Shown here: positions 14,435 through 24,448 of the stretch, in pieces
Layout of the letters: each line of letters begins with the position of its first letter
Numbering within the stretch: position 1 is the stretch's first letter
Origin: Escherichia phage AV121
Sequence record: OR352951.1
DNA length: 64,000 nucleotides
Reading direction: 5' to 3' (one strand)
Notes under the pieces: model-generated
Seen by the model: only the letters and a program-made list of their open reading frames with translations
Told to the model about the DNA's origin: nothing
The model's database searches: none
Made by a program: the position numbers and the translations under genes

Positions 14435-15115
14435 TTATTTTAATGTTACGAAAGAAGAGTTGCGTGTTTCACGAATTAAAACTGATCCGTCACGGTTAAT
14501 GTAATAAATTAAGCTAAATAAAGTTTGGTGTGCTGACGCATGTTCAAAACTTGTTGGGTGAGATTTCCAATCCGGAGTTTCAGCAATCCATTGATAAATC
14601 CACCAAGGAACAGTGCAGAATCCTGGATTTTTTCCAATCAACTGAAGATTCGGGCTAAAGTTTTCCGGAAGAGTAAATACAGACGGCTTTTCAGATTCAA
14701 TAATCTCAGCTACAGCCTGTTCGAATTTTTCTTCAACAAAAGGAGTATCTTCAATCAAAACATCGGTATTTTCAGGAATTTTATCCGTTTCTACTACTTC
14801 AATTTTAATGTCAGATTTAACTGGAGAATCAATCAAAAGTGCTGCTTCTGGATTGACTTCTTCATCGTCATATTTTAATCCCTCTGCAGCATCAGCAGCA
14901 TCAATTAAGTCTTTAATAGATAACCCATCAGTCTCTGGCATAGGTTCACTAGCGAGCTTCTGGAGGGCTTCTTCAATATCAACAACGATATTATCAAAAG
15001 ATTTATTCTTTTTGACCTTTATACCAAACTGTTCAGCATATTCAGCTAATTTAGCTTTAGCTTCTTTATTATCATCAAGAGCCTTCAGCTCTGCAATATA
15101 ATCTTTATCTATCAT
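14435..15115 (-). CDS. inh: Inh, inhibitor of prohead protease gp21
   Basis: 226-aa ORF adjacent to hoc; T4 Inh length and position. Confidence 0.75.
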   Translation of the reverse strand: MIDKDYIAELKALDDNKEAKAKLAEYAEQFGIKVKKNKSFDNIVVDIEEALQKLASEPMPETDGLSIKDLIDAADAAEGLKYDDEEVNPEAALLIDSPVKSDIKIEVVETDKIPENTDVLIEDTPFVEEKFEQAVAEIIESEKPSVFTLPENFSPNLQLIGKNPGFCTVPWWIYQWIAETPDWKSHPTSFEHASAHQTLFSLIYYINRDGSVLIRETRNSSFVTLK

Positions 15116-15128
15116 AATATTTCCTCAG

Positions 15129-15136
15129 TATAAATA
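15129..15136 (+). promoter_or_regulatory. late promoter box TATAAATA (GIY-YIG endonuclease gene)
   Basis: Exact TATAAATA 28 nt upstream of ATG 15165. Confidence 0.6.
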
Positions 15137-15164
15137 TAGATATATTTATTACTCGGAAAATAGT

Positions 15165-15782
15165 ATGTACCACTTTGTATATGAAACAACAAATCTAATA
15201 AATGGTAAAAAGTATATAGGAAAACACTCTACTGATGACTTGAATGATGGTTACCTTGGTTCTGGTAAGGCAATTCAGCAGGCTATAAAGAAATATGGTG
15301 AAAACAATTTCTCTAGAACAATACTAAAAGAGTTTAAAACTTCCGAAGAAGCGTACATGTATGAAGAAGAAATTATAACTCCTGAACTAATAAAAAGCAA
15401 AAATTATTATAATATGAAACCTGGTGGAATTGGTGGAATTGTTATGACTACAGAGGTTATAGCAAAGATGAAAGAATCTTCCGCTAAAAGATTTGAAAAC
15501 TCGCCAGGCACGGTATTAGGTAAAACTTGTTACACTAATGGAACTAAAAATATTTTTATTAAACCTGGAGAACTTGTTCCAGAAGGATTTGTAAAAGGGA
15601 TGGTTCATCCTAATAGAAAGTCCAGAAAAGGATGTAAAGTCAAACCGACTACCACAGGAACTTTTTGGATCAATAATGGCACAATAAATAAATTAATACA
15701 ACCAGACGGTATTATTCCCGACGGATTTATTAAAGGTCGTCTCATGAAAAGAGATTCTAAAGGCAAATTTAGTAAGGCATAA
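15165..15782 (+). CDS. GIY-YIG homing endonuclease (Seg-like, free-standing)
   Basis: 205-aa ORF; N-terminal GIY-YIG module (HFVYETTN..GKKYIGKHS...YLGSGK); sits between inh and uvsW, where T4 carries a seg gene; TATAAATA box 28 nt upstream. Confidence 0.75.
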   Translation: MYHFVYETTNLINGKKYIGKHSTDDLNDGYLGSGKAIQQAIKKYGENNFSRTILKEFKTSEEAYMYEEEIITPELIKSKNYYNMKPGGIGGIVMTTEVIAKMKESSAKRFENSPGTVLGKTCYTNGTKNIFIKPGELVPEGFVKGMVHPNRKSRKGCKVKPTTTGTFWINNGTINKLIQPDGIIPDGFIKGRLMKRDSKGKFSKA

Positions 15783-15784
15783 TT

Positions 15785-17293
15785 ATGGATATTAAAGTAC
15801 ATTTTCACGACTTCAGTCATGTACGCATCGATTGTGAAGAGAGCACGTTCCACGAATTAAGAGATTTCTTTTCGTTTGAGGCCGATGGATATAGATTTAA
15901 CCCTCGCTTCAGATATGGCAACTGGGATGGACGAATCCGTCTTTTAGATTATAATCGTCTTCTTCCATTCGGCTTAGTCGGGCAAATTAAAAAATTCTGT
16001 GATAACTTTGGCTATAAAGCCTGGATTGACCCGCAAATTAACGAAAAAGAAGAATTATCAAGAAAAGATTTTGATGAATGGCTTTCTAAATTAGAAATCT
16101 ATTCAGGAAATAAAAGAATTGAACCGCACTGGTATCAAAAAGATGCAGTGTTCGAAGGATTAGTTAATCGTCGTAGAATTCTTAATCTTCCAACATCCGC
16201 AGGTAAATCTTTAATTCAAGCTTTGCTTGCGCGATATTATTTGGAAAATTATGAAGGTAAAATTCTTATCATTGTTCCAACAACTGCTCTGACAACTCAG
16301 ATGGCTGATGACTTCGTCGACTATCGTTTATTCAGCCATGCAATGATAAAGAAAATTGGTGGCGGAGCATCAAAAGATGATAAATATAAAAATGATGCAC
16401 CAGTCGTTGTTGGTACATGGCAAACTGTAGTAAAACAACCGAAAGAATGGTTCTCACAGTTTGGAATGATGATGAATGATGAATGCCATCTTGCTACAGG
16501 AAAAAGTATTTCATCTATCATATCAGGTTTAAATAACTGCATGTTCAAATTTGGTCTATCTGGTTCATTACGTGATGGCAAAGCCAATATCATGCAGTAT
16601 GTTGGAATGTTTGGTGAAATATTTAAGCCAGTAACGACTTCTAAATTAATGGAAGATGGACAAGTAACTGAGCTAAAAATTAATAGTATTTTTCTTCGCT
16701 ATCCCGATGAGTTCACTACTAAATTAAAGGGAAAAACTTACCAAGAAGAAATAAAAATTATTACTGGGCTCAGTAAAAGAAATAAATGGATCACTAAATT
16801 AGCTATTAAGCTTGCGCAAAAAGATGAAAACGCTTTTGTCATGTTTAAACATGTATCGCATGGTAAAGCTATTTTCGATTTAATTAAAAATGAATACGAT
16901 AAAGTTTATTACGTATCAGGGGAAGTTGATACCGAAACCCGCAATATAATGAAAACCTTAGCTGAAAATGGTAAAGGAATAATTATAGTAGCTAGTTATG
17001 GTGTATTTTCTACTGGTATTTCAGTTAAAAATCTGCATCACGTTGTTTTAGCGCACGGTGTTAAATCAAAAATTATTGTATTACAAACAATCGGTCGTGT
17101 ATTACGTAAGCATGGTTCTAAGACAATAGCAACAGTCTGGGACCTCATAGATGACGCGGGCGTGGTTTCTAAATCAAAAACATCTTCTAAAAAATACTCG
17201 CATTTAAACTATCTTTTAAAACATGGACTTGATCGTATTCAGCGTTATGCTGATGAAAAGTTTAATTATGTGATGAAAGAGGTTAAACTTTGA
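15785..17293 (+). CDS. uvsW: UvsW DNA/RNA helicase
   Basis: 502-aa ORF with SF2 helicase motifs (PTSAGKS Walker A, DECH box); T4 UvsW length as recalled. Confidence 0.9.
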   Translation: MDIKVHFHDFSHVRIDCEESTFHELRDFFSFEADGYRFNPRFRYGNWDGRIRLLDYNRLLPFGLVGQIKKFCDNFGYKAWIDPQINEKEELSRKDFDEWLSKLEIYSGNKRIEPHWYQKDAVFEGLVNRRRILNLPTSAGKSLIQALLARYYLENYEGKILIIVPTTALTTQMADDFVDYRLFSHAMIKKIGGGASKDDKYKNDAPVVVGTWQTVVKQPKEWFSQFGMMMNDECHLATGKSISSIISGLNNCMFKFGLSGSLRDGKANIMQYVGMFGEIFKPVTTSKLMEDGQVTELKINSIFLRYPDEFTTKLKGKTYQEEIKIITGLSKRNKWITKLAIKLAQKDENAFVMFKHVSHGKAIFDLIKNEYDKVYYVSGEVDTETRNIMKTLAENGKGIIIVASYGVFSTGISVKNLHHVVLAHGVKSKIIVLQTIGRVLRKHGSKTIATVWDLIDDAGVVSKSKTSSKKYSHLNYLLKHGLDRIQRYADEKFNYVMKEVKL

Positions 17294-17982
17294 ATTATAA
17301 ATTAATATATGATAATTTAATTAATAGAGCCCAGAATCGGGCTCGCCTTAATGGATACACTGAAACACATCATATAATTCCTAGATGTATGGGTGGTACA
17401 AATGATAAGTGTAATTTAGTAGAACTAACGGCTGAAGAACATTTTATAGCCCATAAACTTTTAGCTAAAATTCATCCAAACCATTACGGTATAATTAAAG
17501 CTGTTATATGTATGGGGATGAATTCAAATACTCATGAAAGACACGTCAATAAATCTTACGCATGGGAACGTCGTAAAATGGCAGAACTTCAATCCGGCGA
17601 AGGTAATCCATTTTACGGAAAACACCATACGGAAGAACATAAACAATATATGTCAAAACTCATGAAAAGTCGTCCAATTACATGGGGAAATAAAATTAGT
17701 AAAACTAAAAGAATGAACCCAACGAAATGGACTGAAGAAGCTAAAAGATTACATTCAATCAATCAATCGGGTAAAAATAACGGCATGTATGGAAGGAAAC
17801 ATTCCGCTAAATCTATTCAGAAAATTAAAGATAACATGCCAGATAATTCAGGAGCTAATAACCCAGCTGCTAAACCTATAGAAGTAAATGGTGTTAAGTA
17901 TAAATGTATGAAAGATGCTTCTAAAGCTACTGGATTATCAATGTACAAACTAAGAATACTTAGAAAAACAGTTAATTTATAA
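17290..17982 (+). CDS. HNH homing endonuclease, free-standing
   Basis: 230-aa ORF; HNH motif (ETHHIIPRCMGGTNDKCNLVELTAEEHFIAH) then repeated NUMOD-like GxxNPxYGKxHS modules and a basic C-terminus; TTG start overlaps the uvsW stop (TTGA). Confidence 0.75.
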   Translation: MNYKLIYDNLINRAQNRARLNGYTETHHIIPRCMGGTNDKCNLVELTAEEHFIAHKLLAKIHPNHYGIIKAVICMGMNSNTHERHVNKSYAWERRKMAELQSGEGNPFYGKHHTEEHKQYMSKLMKSRPITWGNKISKTKRMNPTKWTEEAKRLHSINQSGKNNGMYGRKHSAKSIQKIKDNMPDNSGANNPAAKPIEVNGVKYKCMKDASKATGLSMYKLRILRKTVNL

Positions 17983-17994
17983 GGGCTTCGGCCC
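17983..17994 (+). terminator. hairpin after the HNH endonuclease gene
   Basis: GGGC-ttcg-GCCC followed by TTT, immediately after the stop. Confidence 0.55.
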
Positions 17995-18007
17995 TTTGGA
18001 GAAAAAG

Positions 18008-18238
18008 ATGTTACTAGAATTTAAACAATTTCTTTATGAAGCTTCTATTGATGAATTTATGGGTAAAATTGCCTCTTGTCAAACATTAGAAGGTTTAGAA
18101 GAACTTGAAGCTTATTATAAGAAAAGAGTCAAAGAAACTGAATTAAAAGATACTGATGACATCTCTGTGAGAGATGCTTTGGCAGGAAAAAGAGCTGAAT
18201 TAGAAGATTCAGACGATGAAGTAGAAGAAAGCTTTTAA
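18008..18238 (+). CDS. uvsW.1: UvsW.1 small acidic protein
   Basis: ATG at 18008 preceded by GGAG; 76 aa beginning MLLEFKQFLYEASIDEF, as recalled for T4 UvsW.1. Confidence 0.7.
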   Translation: MLLEFKQFLYEASIDEFMGKIASCQTLEGLEELEAYYKKRVKETELKDTDDISVRDALAGKRAELEDSDDEVEESF

Positions 18239-18293
18239 ATTAAAAAAGGCCCAACCAAAAAGGAAGGGCCAAAACTATAGACTAAAGGTCACA

Positions 18294-18461
18294 CTATAGC
18301 AAAAGTTGCGTTTCATTTAATTGTTCTTCCGAACTTTCTGAAACTGGTAGTTCTTTAATGTAATTATAGCAAGGCCCAGGATGTACAGGACCTTTGTCTG
18401 TTTCAACAACCAATGCAGAATCGATTGGAGTTTTACAGACAACACAAATCTTATCTGACAT
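18294..18461 (-). CDS. small Cys-rich (CxxC...C) hypothetical protein, not in ORF track
   Basis: Hand-translated 55-aa ORF MSDKICVVCKTPIDSALVVETDKGPVHPGPCYNYIKELPVSESSEEQLNETQLLL; strong AGAGGAGA RBS 6 nt upstream. Confidence 0.5.
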   Translation of the reverse strand: MSDKICVVCKTPIDSALVVETDKGPVHPGPCYNYIKELPVSESSEEQLNETQLLL

Positions 18462-18489
18462 GATTGTCTCCTCTGAATTATATATCTAT

Positions 18490-18714
18490 TTATACAACTC
18501 TCATATGCATATCAATGCCCATATCTTTAGAATAAAAATATTCATCAAGATATCCGGCAAATTTTCCTTTAATATAAAGAACATCTTCACCGCACGGGTG
18601 GTCGGCCAGGATACGAATATCCTGACGCTTAAGATTATGCTTTTTCATTAAGAATTGAATTTCCGTTTCAAATTCTTCTTCATAATTAAAAGCATCATCA
18701 ATGTTATATCTCAT
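18490..18714 (-). CDS. hypothetical protein upstream-adjacent to uvsY
   Basis: 74-aa ORF, ATG checked; start overlaps uvsY stop. Confidence 0.55.
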   Translation of the reverse strand: MRYNIDDAFNYEEEFETEIQFLMKKHNLKRQDIRILADHPCGEDVLYIKGKFAGYLDEYFYSKDMGIDMHMRVV

Positions 18715-19127
18715 TATTTTCCAGCCTCAAATGCTCGCATGTCTTGAATATGCTTAATAGCAAATCCACGTGATTTAATAGCATCAAGAGCTCCGCTACA
18801 GAAATCTAATAAAATCCCCCAATACTGTAACGAGGTATCAACCTTTAAAACATCCTTATCAGCTGATAGAACTGTCTTCATTTCTGATTTCTCGTAACGA
18901 TCCATACTAAATTCATCACCATCTCCTCGTCCCGAGTAGTAGTCTAATTTAGCTTTAAGAGCAACTTTTTTCTGTGCTTCAATTCTAAGCATTTCCTTTT
19001 TAATACTTGAATGCTTATTAAGCCATTTACTATATAACATCACATTATTAGCTGCTTCATACTGTAATTTAGTCGAATCTATAAACACATCTTTCTTCAA
19101 TTCTTCTTGAAGATCTTCTAATCTCAT
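18714..19127 (-). CDS. uvsY: UvsY recombination mediator
   Basis: 137-aa ORF; T4 UvsY length and position beside gene 25. Confidence 0.85.
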   Translation of the reverse strand: MRLEDLQEELKKDVFIDSTKLQYEAANNVMLYSKWLNKHSSIKKEMLRIEAQKKVALKAKLDYYSGRGDGDEFSMDRYEKSEMKTVLSADKDVLKVDTSLQYWGILLDFCSGALDAIKSRGFAIKHIQDMRAFEAGK

Positions 19128-19193
19128 ATTGTTCTCTATTCAATTGTTATTGGATGGACTTAGATTCATTATACCACGTTTATACGTGAAGCA

Positions 19194-19592
19194 TTATACT
19201 CTATTACTGGAAGCCAGTTGTAGTTTTATCTGCTCAATATCATCAGGGTTATCGATGACTGAAAAGCGTATTTCTACTATCAGAGTATAATCATCATAAA
19301 CTGGTATCACATTAACTGATAATTTATCAATACGTGGCTCATAGTTTCTTACTGCGCTTTCGATATTACGCTCAACCGTGTCAGCAGTAAGAGGAGTCAT
19401 ATTCTCAAAAAGTTGGTCAGATAAATCGCATCCAAATTCAGGGTCAAACGGTCTTGAACCTTTTCTTGTTGTAATAATTCCTAAAAGACTATTTTTAATT
19501 GACCTTAATCCAAGTGATCTTGAAACGTCTTTGTTCCAATCCATTTTCATCTCTGGGTCAATATCAGAATAAAGCTTATTAATATTTGCCAT
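19194..19592 (-). CDS. 25: baseplate wedge protein gp25
   Basis: 132-aa ORF, same length as T4 gp25. Confidence 0.9.
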   Translation of the reverse strand: MANINKLYSDIDPEMKMDWNKDVSRSLGLRSIKNSLLGIITTRKGSRPFDPEFGCDLSDQLFENMTPLTADTVERNIESAVRNYEPRIDKLSVNVIPVYDDYTLIVEIRFSVIDNPDDIEQIKLQLASSNRV

Positions 19593-20218
19593 TACAATAG
19601 CTCAAAGAATTCTTTGAGTCCTCTTATTACATGAGCGTGAGTTTTTCCACACTCTGGACATTTAATTGGAACAGCCAAATAAACAGTAGGCTTTAAAAGC
19701 ATATCTTTTAAAGCCACAATATCTGACTCTGTGATGATAGAATATAAATCTTCTAGTTCCTTTTCATTTAAGTCTTCAACTGGAATGCTTTCCCCGTTAG
19801 CATGAATCGTTTCTATACATGATACTATCATGTGGGCTATATTTTTATCATCAAAAATTTTAGGGTATCGGAATTTAATTTTAATGTCACCCAGTGTATA
19901 CCAAAGGTCTTCTGGTGCATCTATTTGTGTATGTAATAGATTTATATGGGTTGGTATTTCAGTTCCGCAGGTGCACTTCCAGGAGTTTTCGTGATTAACT
20001 TCTCCAAGAGAATGCGCCCATAAATGAATCAACAATAGTTCTGATTCTTGGCGATTTAAATCTTTTGCATTTGTGCAGTCTTTGATTAGCTTTTTAACAA
20101 TTACTTCTACAGAACCATTATTTTTGGCAGTAATAAGTTCTAGATATTCTTTAAGAGTAAATGCGCGACAGTTGATTATTTTAGAACCAACTCTCACATC
20201 AAATTTGTATTCATACAT
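19592..20218 (-). CDS. 26: baseplate hub protein gp26
   Basis: 208-aa ORF; T4 gp26 position; late box 21 nt upstream on minus strand. Confidence 0.85.
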   Translation of the reverse strand: MYEYKFDVRVGSKIINCRAFTLKEYLELITAKNNGSVEVIVKKLIKDCTNAKDLNRQESELLLIHLWAHSLGEVNHENSWKCTCGTEIPTHINLLHTQIDAPEDLWYTLGDIKIKFRYPKIFDDKNIAHMIVSCIETIHANGESIPVEDLNEKELEDLYSIITESDIVALKDMLLKPTVYLAVPIKCPECGKTHAHVIRGLKEFFELL

Positions 20219-20239
20219 ATTTAGCTCCTTTATTTATCA

Positions 20240-20247
20240 TATTTATA
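20240..20247 (-). promoter_or_regulatory. late promoter box (minus strand) for gene 26
   Basis: Plus-strand TATTTATA is TATAAATA on the minus strand, 21 nt upstream of gene 26 ATG. Confidence 0.65.
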
Positions 20248-20251
20248 AATA
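20244..20251 (+). promoter_or_regulatory. late promoter box TATAAATA for gene 51
   Basis: Exact TATAAATA 17 nt upstream of gene 51 ATG; overlaps the minus-strand box. Confidence 0.65.
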
Positions 20252-20268
20252 GAATAAAAGGAGCATCT

Positions 20269-21018
20269 ATGGCAAACATTATTCGTTGTAAATTACCAGA
20301 TGGTGTTCATCGTTTTAAACCATTTACGGTAGAAGATTATCGAGATTTTTTGTTAGTTCGAAACGATATAGAACATCGGTCACCACAAGAACAAAAAGAA
20401 ATAATTACTGATTTAATTGATGATTATTTTGGAGACTATCCGAAGACTTGGCAACCATTTATATTTTTGCAGGTATTTGTAGGGTCAATAGGTAAAACAA
20501 AAGTACCAGTCACATTCGTATGTCCAAAATGTAAAAAAGAAAAGACAGTTCCATTTGAAATATACCAAAAAGAATTAAAGGAACCTGTTTTTGATGTAGC
20601 TAATGTTAAAATTAAATTAAAGTTTCCTTCTGAGTTTTATGAAAATAAAGCAAAGATGATTACTGAAAATATTCATTCTGTTCAAGTAGATGAAATTTGG
20701 TATGATTGGAAGGAAATTAGCGAGTCTAGTCAAATAGAACTCGTTGACGCCATCGAGATAGAAACATTAGAACAAATTCTCGATGCAATGAATCCTATTA
20801 ATTTAACTCTACATATGTCATGCTGTAATAAGTACATTAAAAAATACACTGATATAGTAGACGTGTTTAAGCTATTAGTTAACCCAGATGAAATATTTAC
20901 TTTTTATCAAATTAATCACACACTCGTAAAAAGTAATTATAGCTTAAATTCAATAATGAAAATGATTCCTGCTGAGCGCGGATTCGTATTAAAACTGATT
21001 GAGAAGGATAAACAATAA
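20269..21018 (+). CDS. 51: baseplate hub assembly protein gp51
   Basis: 249-aa ORF divergent from gene 26; T4 gp51 length. Confidence 0.85.
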   Translation: MANIIRCKLPDGVHRFKPFTVEDYRDFLLVRNDIEHRSPQEQKEIITDLIDDYFGDYPKTWQPFIFLQVFVGSIGKTKVPVTFVCPKCKKEKTVPFEIYQKELKEPVFDVANVKIKLKFPSEFYENKAKMITENIHSVQVDEIWYDWKEISESSQIELVDAIEIETLEQILDAMNPINLTLHMSCCNKYIKKYTDIVDVFKLLVNPDEIFTFYQINHTLVKSNYSLNSIMKMIPAERGFVLKLIEKDKQ

Positions 21019-22193
21019 TGAGTATGTTGCAACGCCCCGGATATCCAAATCTCAGCGTTAAATTATTTGATAGCTACGACGCTTGGAGTAATAATAGATT
21101 TGTTGAATTAGCTGCTACTATTACTACATTAACTATGCGGGATTCTCTTTATGGCCGAAATGAAGGAATGCTGCAGTTTTATGATTCTAAAAACATCCAT
21201 ACAAAAATGGATGGAAATGAAATAATTCAGATTTCTGTAGCTAATGCAAATGATATTAATAATGTTAAAACACGAATTTATGGATGTAAGCATTTTTCAG
21301 TGTCAGTAGATTCAAAAGGTGATAACATCATTGCTATTGAATTGGGAACTATTCATTCTATAGAAAATCTTAAATTTGGTAGACCATTTTTCCCTGATGC
21401 AGGTGAATCTATAAAAGAAATGCTTGGTGTCATTTATCAGGATCGCACATTATTAACTCCAGCAATAAATGCTATAAATGCTTATGTTCCTGATATTCCA
21501 TGGACTAGCACATTTGAAAACTATTTGTCATATGTAAGAGAAGTTGCTCTAGCTGTAGGAAGCGACAAATTTGTATTTGTATGGCAAGACATCATGGGAG
21601 TTAACATGATGGACTATGATATGATGATAAATCAAGAACCATATCCAATGATTGTCGGTGAGCCATCTTTAATAGGTCAATTTGTCCAAGAATTAAAATA
21701 CCCATTAGCATATGATTTTGTTTGGTTGACTAAATCGAATCCTCACAAACGTGACCCAATGAAAAATGCTACTATCTATGCTCATTCATTTTTAGATTCT
21801 TCACTGCCAATGATTACTACAGGAAAGGGCGAAAACTCTATTGTAGTGTCAAGGTCAGGTGCTTATTCTGAAATGACTTATAGGAATGGATATGAAGAAG
21901 CTATTCGTCTTCAAACTATGGCACAATATGACGGCTATGCTAAATGTTCTACTGTCGGTAATTTTAACTTGACTCCTGGTGTTAAAATTATTTTTAATGA
22001 TAGTAAAAACCAATTTAAAACAGAATTTTACGTTGATGAAGTTATCCATGAATTATCAAATAATAATTCAGTAACTCATCTTTATATGTTCACTAATGCA
22101 ACGAAACTGGAAACAATAGACCCAGTTAAGGTTAAAAATGAATTTAAATCTGATACTACCACTGAAGAAAGTAGTTCTTCCAATAAGCAATAA
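21018..22193 (+). CDS. 27: baseplate hub protein gp27
   Basis: 391-aa ORF, same length as T4 gp27. Confidence 0.9.
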   Translation: MSMLQRPGYPNLSVKLFDSYDAWSNNRFVELAATITTLTMRDSLYGRNEGMLQFYDSKNIHTKMDGNEIIQISVANANDINNVKTRIYGCKHFSVSVDSKGDNIIAIELGTIHSIENLKFGRPFFPDAGESIKEMLGVIYQDRTLLTPAINAINAYVPDIPWTSTFENYLSYVREVALAVGSDKFVFVWQDIMGVNMMDYDMMINQEPYPMIVGEPSLIGQFVQELKYPLAYDFVWLTKSNPHKRDPMKNATIYAHSFLDSSLPMITTGKGENSIVVSRSGAYSEMTYRNGYEEAIRLQTMAQYDGYAKCSTVGNFNLTPGVKIIFNDSKNQFKTEFYVDEVIHELSNNNSVTHLYMFTNATKLETIDPVKVKNEFKSDTTTEESSSSNKQ

Positions 22194-22671
22194 AGAAGTT
22201 TCTATTCCTAAAATGGGTCTTAAACACTATAACATTTTAAAGGATGTTAAAGGTCCTGATGAAAATTTAAAACTTCTTATTGATTCTATTTGTCCGAATT
22301 TATCACCGGCAGAAGTTGATTTCGTTTCTATTCATTTATTGGAATTTAATGGAAAGATTAAATCTCGTAAAGAAATAGATGGCTATACTTATGACATTAA
22401 TGATGTTTATGTGTGCCAAAGATTAGAATTTCAATATCAAGGAAATACATTTTATTTTAGACCTCCTGGAAAATTTGAACAATTTTTAACGGTGAGCGAT
22501 ATGTTATCCAAATGCTTGCTTAAGGTCAATGATGAAGTTAAAGAAATTAATTTTCTTGAGATGCCAGCATTCGTTTTAAAATGGGCAAATGATATTTTTA
22601 CAACTTTAGCAATTCCTGGCCCTAATGGTCCAATAACTGGAATTGGCAATATTATTGGATTATTTGAATGA
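22138..22671 (+). CDS. 28: baseplate hub distal protein gp28
   Basis: 177-aa ORF, ATG checked; overlaps gene 27 3' end by 56 nt in another frame. Confidence 0.8.
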   Translation: MNLNLILPLKKVVLPISNKEVSIPKMGLKHYNILKDVKGPDENLKLLIDSICPNLSPAEVDFVSIHLLEFNGKIKSRKEIDGYTYDINDVYVCQRLEFQYQGNTFYFRPPGKFEQFLTVSDMLSKCLLKVNDEVKEINFLEMPAFVLKWANDIFTTLAIPGPNGPITGIGNIIGLFE

Positions 22672-24440
22672 AAAAGCCACAAGAAATGCAAACGATGCGT
22701 AGAAAAGTTATTTCAGATAATAAACCAACACAGGAAGCGGCTAAATCTGCTTCTAACACTTTATCTGGACTTAATGATATATCTACGAAATTGGATGATA
22801 CTCAAGCTGCTTCTGAATTAATAGCTCAAACTGTCGAAGAAAAATCGAATGAAATAATTGGAGCAATTGACAATGTAGAAAGCGCAGTGAGTGATACTAC
22901 TGCTGGTTCTGAGTTAATTGCTGAAACTGTTGAAATTGGCAACAATATTAATAAAGAAATCGGTGAATCACTCGGGAGCAAATTAGATAAATTAACAAGT
23001 TTACTAGAGCAAAAAATCCAGACAGCTGGAATTCAACAGACTGGAACTAGTTTAGCCACGGTTGAAAGCGCTATTCCTGTTAAAGTTGTTGAGGACGATA
23101 CAGCTGAATCTGTTGGTCCTTTATTACCGGCTCCTGAAGCAGTTAATAATGATCCTGATGCTGATTTTTTCCCTACCCCTCAGCCAGTTGAACCTAAACA
23201 AGAATCGCCAGAAGAAAAACAGAAAAAAGATGCATTTAACTTAAAATTATCTCAAGCTTTAGATAAATTAACAAAGACTGTTGATTTCGGATTTAAGAAA
23301 TCTATTTCAATTACTGATAAAATATCAAGCATGCTATTTAAGTATACAGTCAGTGCTGCTATTGAAGCTGCTAAAATGACTGCAATGATATTGGCTGTTG
23401 TTGTCGGAATAGACCTGCTGATGGTTCATTTCAAATATTGGTCAGATAAATTTTCACAGGCTTGGGATTTGTTTAGTACAGACTTTACTAAATTCTCTAG
23501 CGAAACCGGAACATGGGGCCCTTTATTACAGAGCATCTTTGGTTCTATTGATAAAATTAAGAAGCTGTGGGAAGCTGGAGACTGGGGCGGATTGACAGTA
23601 GCTATTGTCGAAGGACTTGGAAAGGTTCTTTTTAATTTAGGAGAGCTTATTCAACTTGGAATGGCTAAATTATCTGCGGCAATTCTTCGAGTTATTCCTG
23701 GTATGAAGGATACTGCTGATGAAGTAGAAGGAAGAGCACTAGAAAATTTCCAAAATACTACAAATGCTTCTCTTAGCAAAGAAGACCAAGAAAAAGTTGC
23801 AAATTATCAATATAAAAGAATGAATGACGATCTTGGTCCAATAGCAAAAGGGCTAGACAAAATTGCGAACTGGAAAACTCGTGCATCTAACTGGATTCGT
23901 GGTGTTGATAATAAAGAAGCACTAACGACTGATGAAGAGAGAGCAGAGGAAGAAGAAAAATTAAAGCAACTTTCTCCGGAGGAAGCTAAAATTGCTTTAA
24001 TGAAAGCTAATGAAGCTCGTGCTGCTATGAATCGTTTTGATGAATACGCTAATTCAGCTGATATGAGTAAAGACTCAACGGTTAAATCAGTTGAAGCTGC
24101 CTATGAAGACCTTAAAAAACGAATGGATGACCCGGATTTAAATAATTCACCGGCAGTTAAAAAAGAACTTGCTGCTAGATTTTCTAAAATTGATGCTACT
24201 TATCAAGAGCTCAAGAAAAATCAGCCTAATGCCAAACCTCAAACTTCTGCTAAATCACCAGAAGCAAAACAAGTCCAGGTGATTGAAAAGAACAAAGCAC
24301 AGCAAGCTCCTATTCAACAAGCATCTCCTTCAATCAATAATACTAATAATGTTATTAAGAAAAATACTGTCGTTCATAATATGACACCCGTAACGAGCAC
24401 GACTGCTCCTGGTGTATTTGATGCGACTGGAGTTAATTAA
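22668..24440 (+). CDS. 29: tail tape-measure / hub protein gp29
   Basis: 590-aa ORF, same length as T4 gp29. Confidence 0.9.
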   Translation: MKKPQEMQTMRRKVISDNKPTQEAAKSASNTLSGLNDISTKLDDTQAASELIAQTVEEKSNEIIGAIDNVESAVSDTTAGSELIAETVEIGNNINKEIGESLGSKLDKLTSLLEQKIQTAGIQQTGTSLATVESAIPVKVVEDDTAESVGPLLPAPEAVNNDPDADFFPTPQPVEPKQESPEEKQKKDAFNLKLSQALDKLTKTVDFGFKKSISITDKISSMLFKYTVSAAIEAAKMTAMILAVVVGIDLLMVHFKYWSDKFSQAWDLFSTDFTKFSSETGTWGPLLQSIFGSIDKIKKLWEAGDWGGLTVAIVEGLGKVLFNLGELIQLGMAKLSAAILRVIPGMKDTADEVEGRALENFQNTTNASLSKEDQEKVANYQYKRMNDDLGPIAKGLDKIANWKTRASNWIRGVDNKEALTTDEERAEEEEKLKQLSPEEAKIALMKANEARAAMNRFDEYANSADMSKDSTVKSVEAAYEDLKKRMDDPDLNNSPAVKKELAARFSKIDATYQELKKNQPNAKPQTSAKSPEAKQVQVIEKNKAQQAPIQQASPSINNTNNVIKKNTVVHNMTPVTSTTAPGVFDATGVN

Positions 24441-24448
24441 GGAATAAT

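Noticed and set aside
15137-15152. Possible minus-strand late promoter for inh
   Set aside because: Nearest match is AATAAATA, not TATAAATA; inh may be read from an upstream promoter instead.
18394-18651. 85-aa plus-strand ORF in the uvsW.1-uvsY interval
   Set aside because: Overlaps two better-supported minus-strand ORFs; AT-rich low-complexity translation with no RBS.
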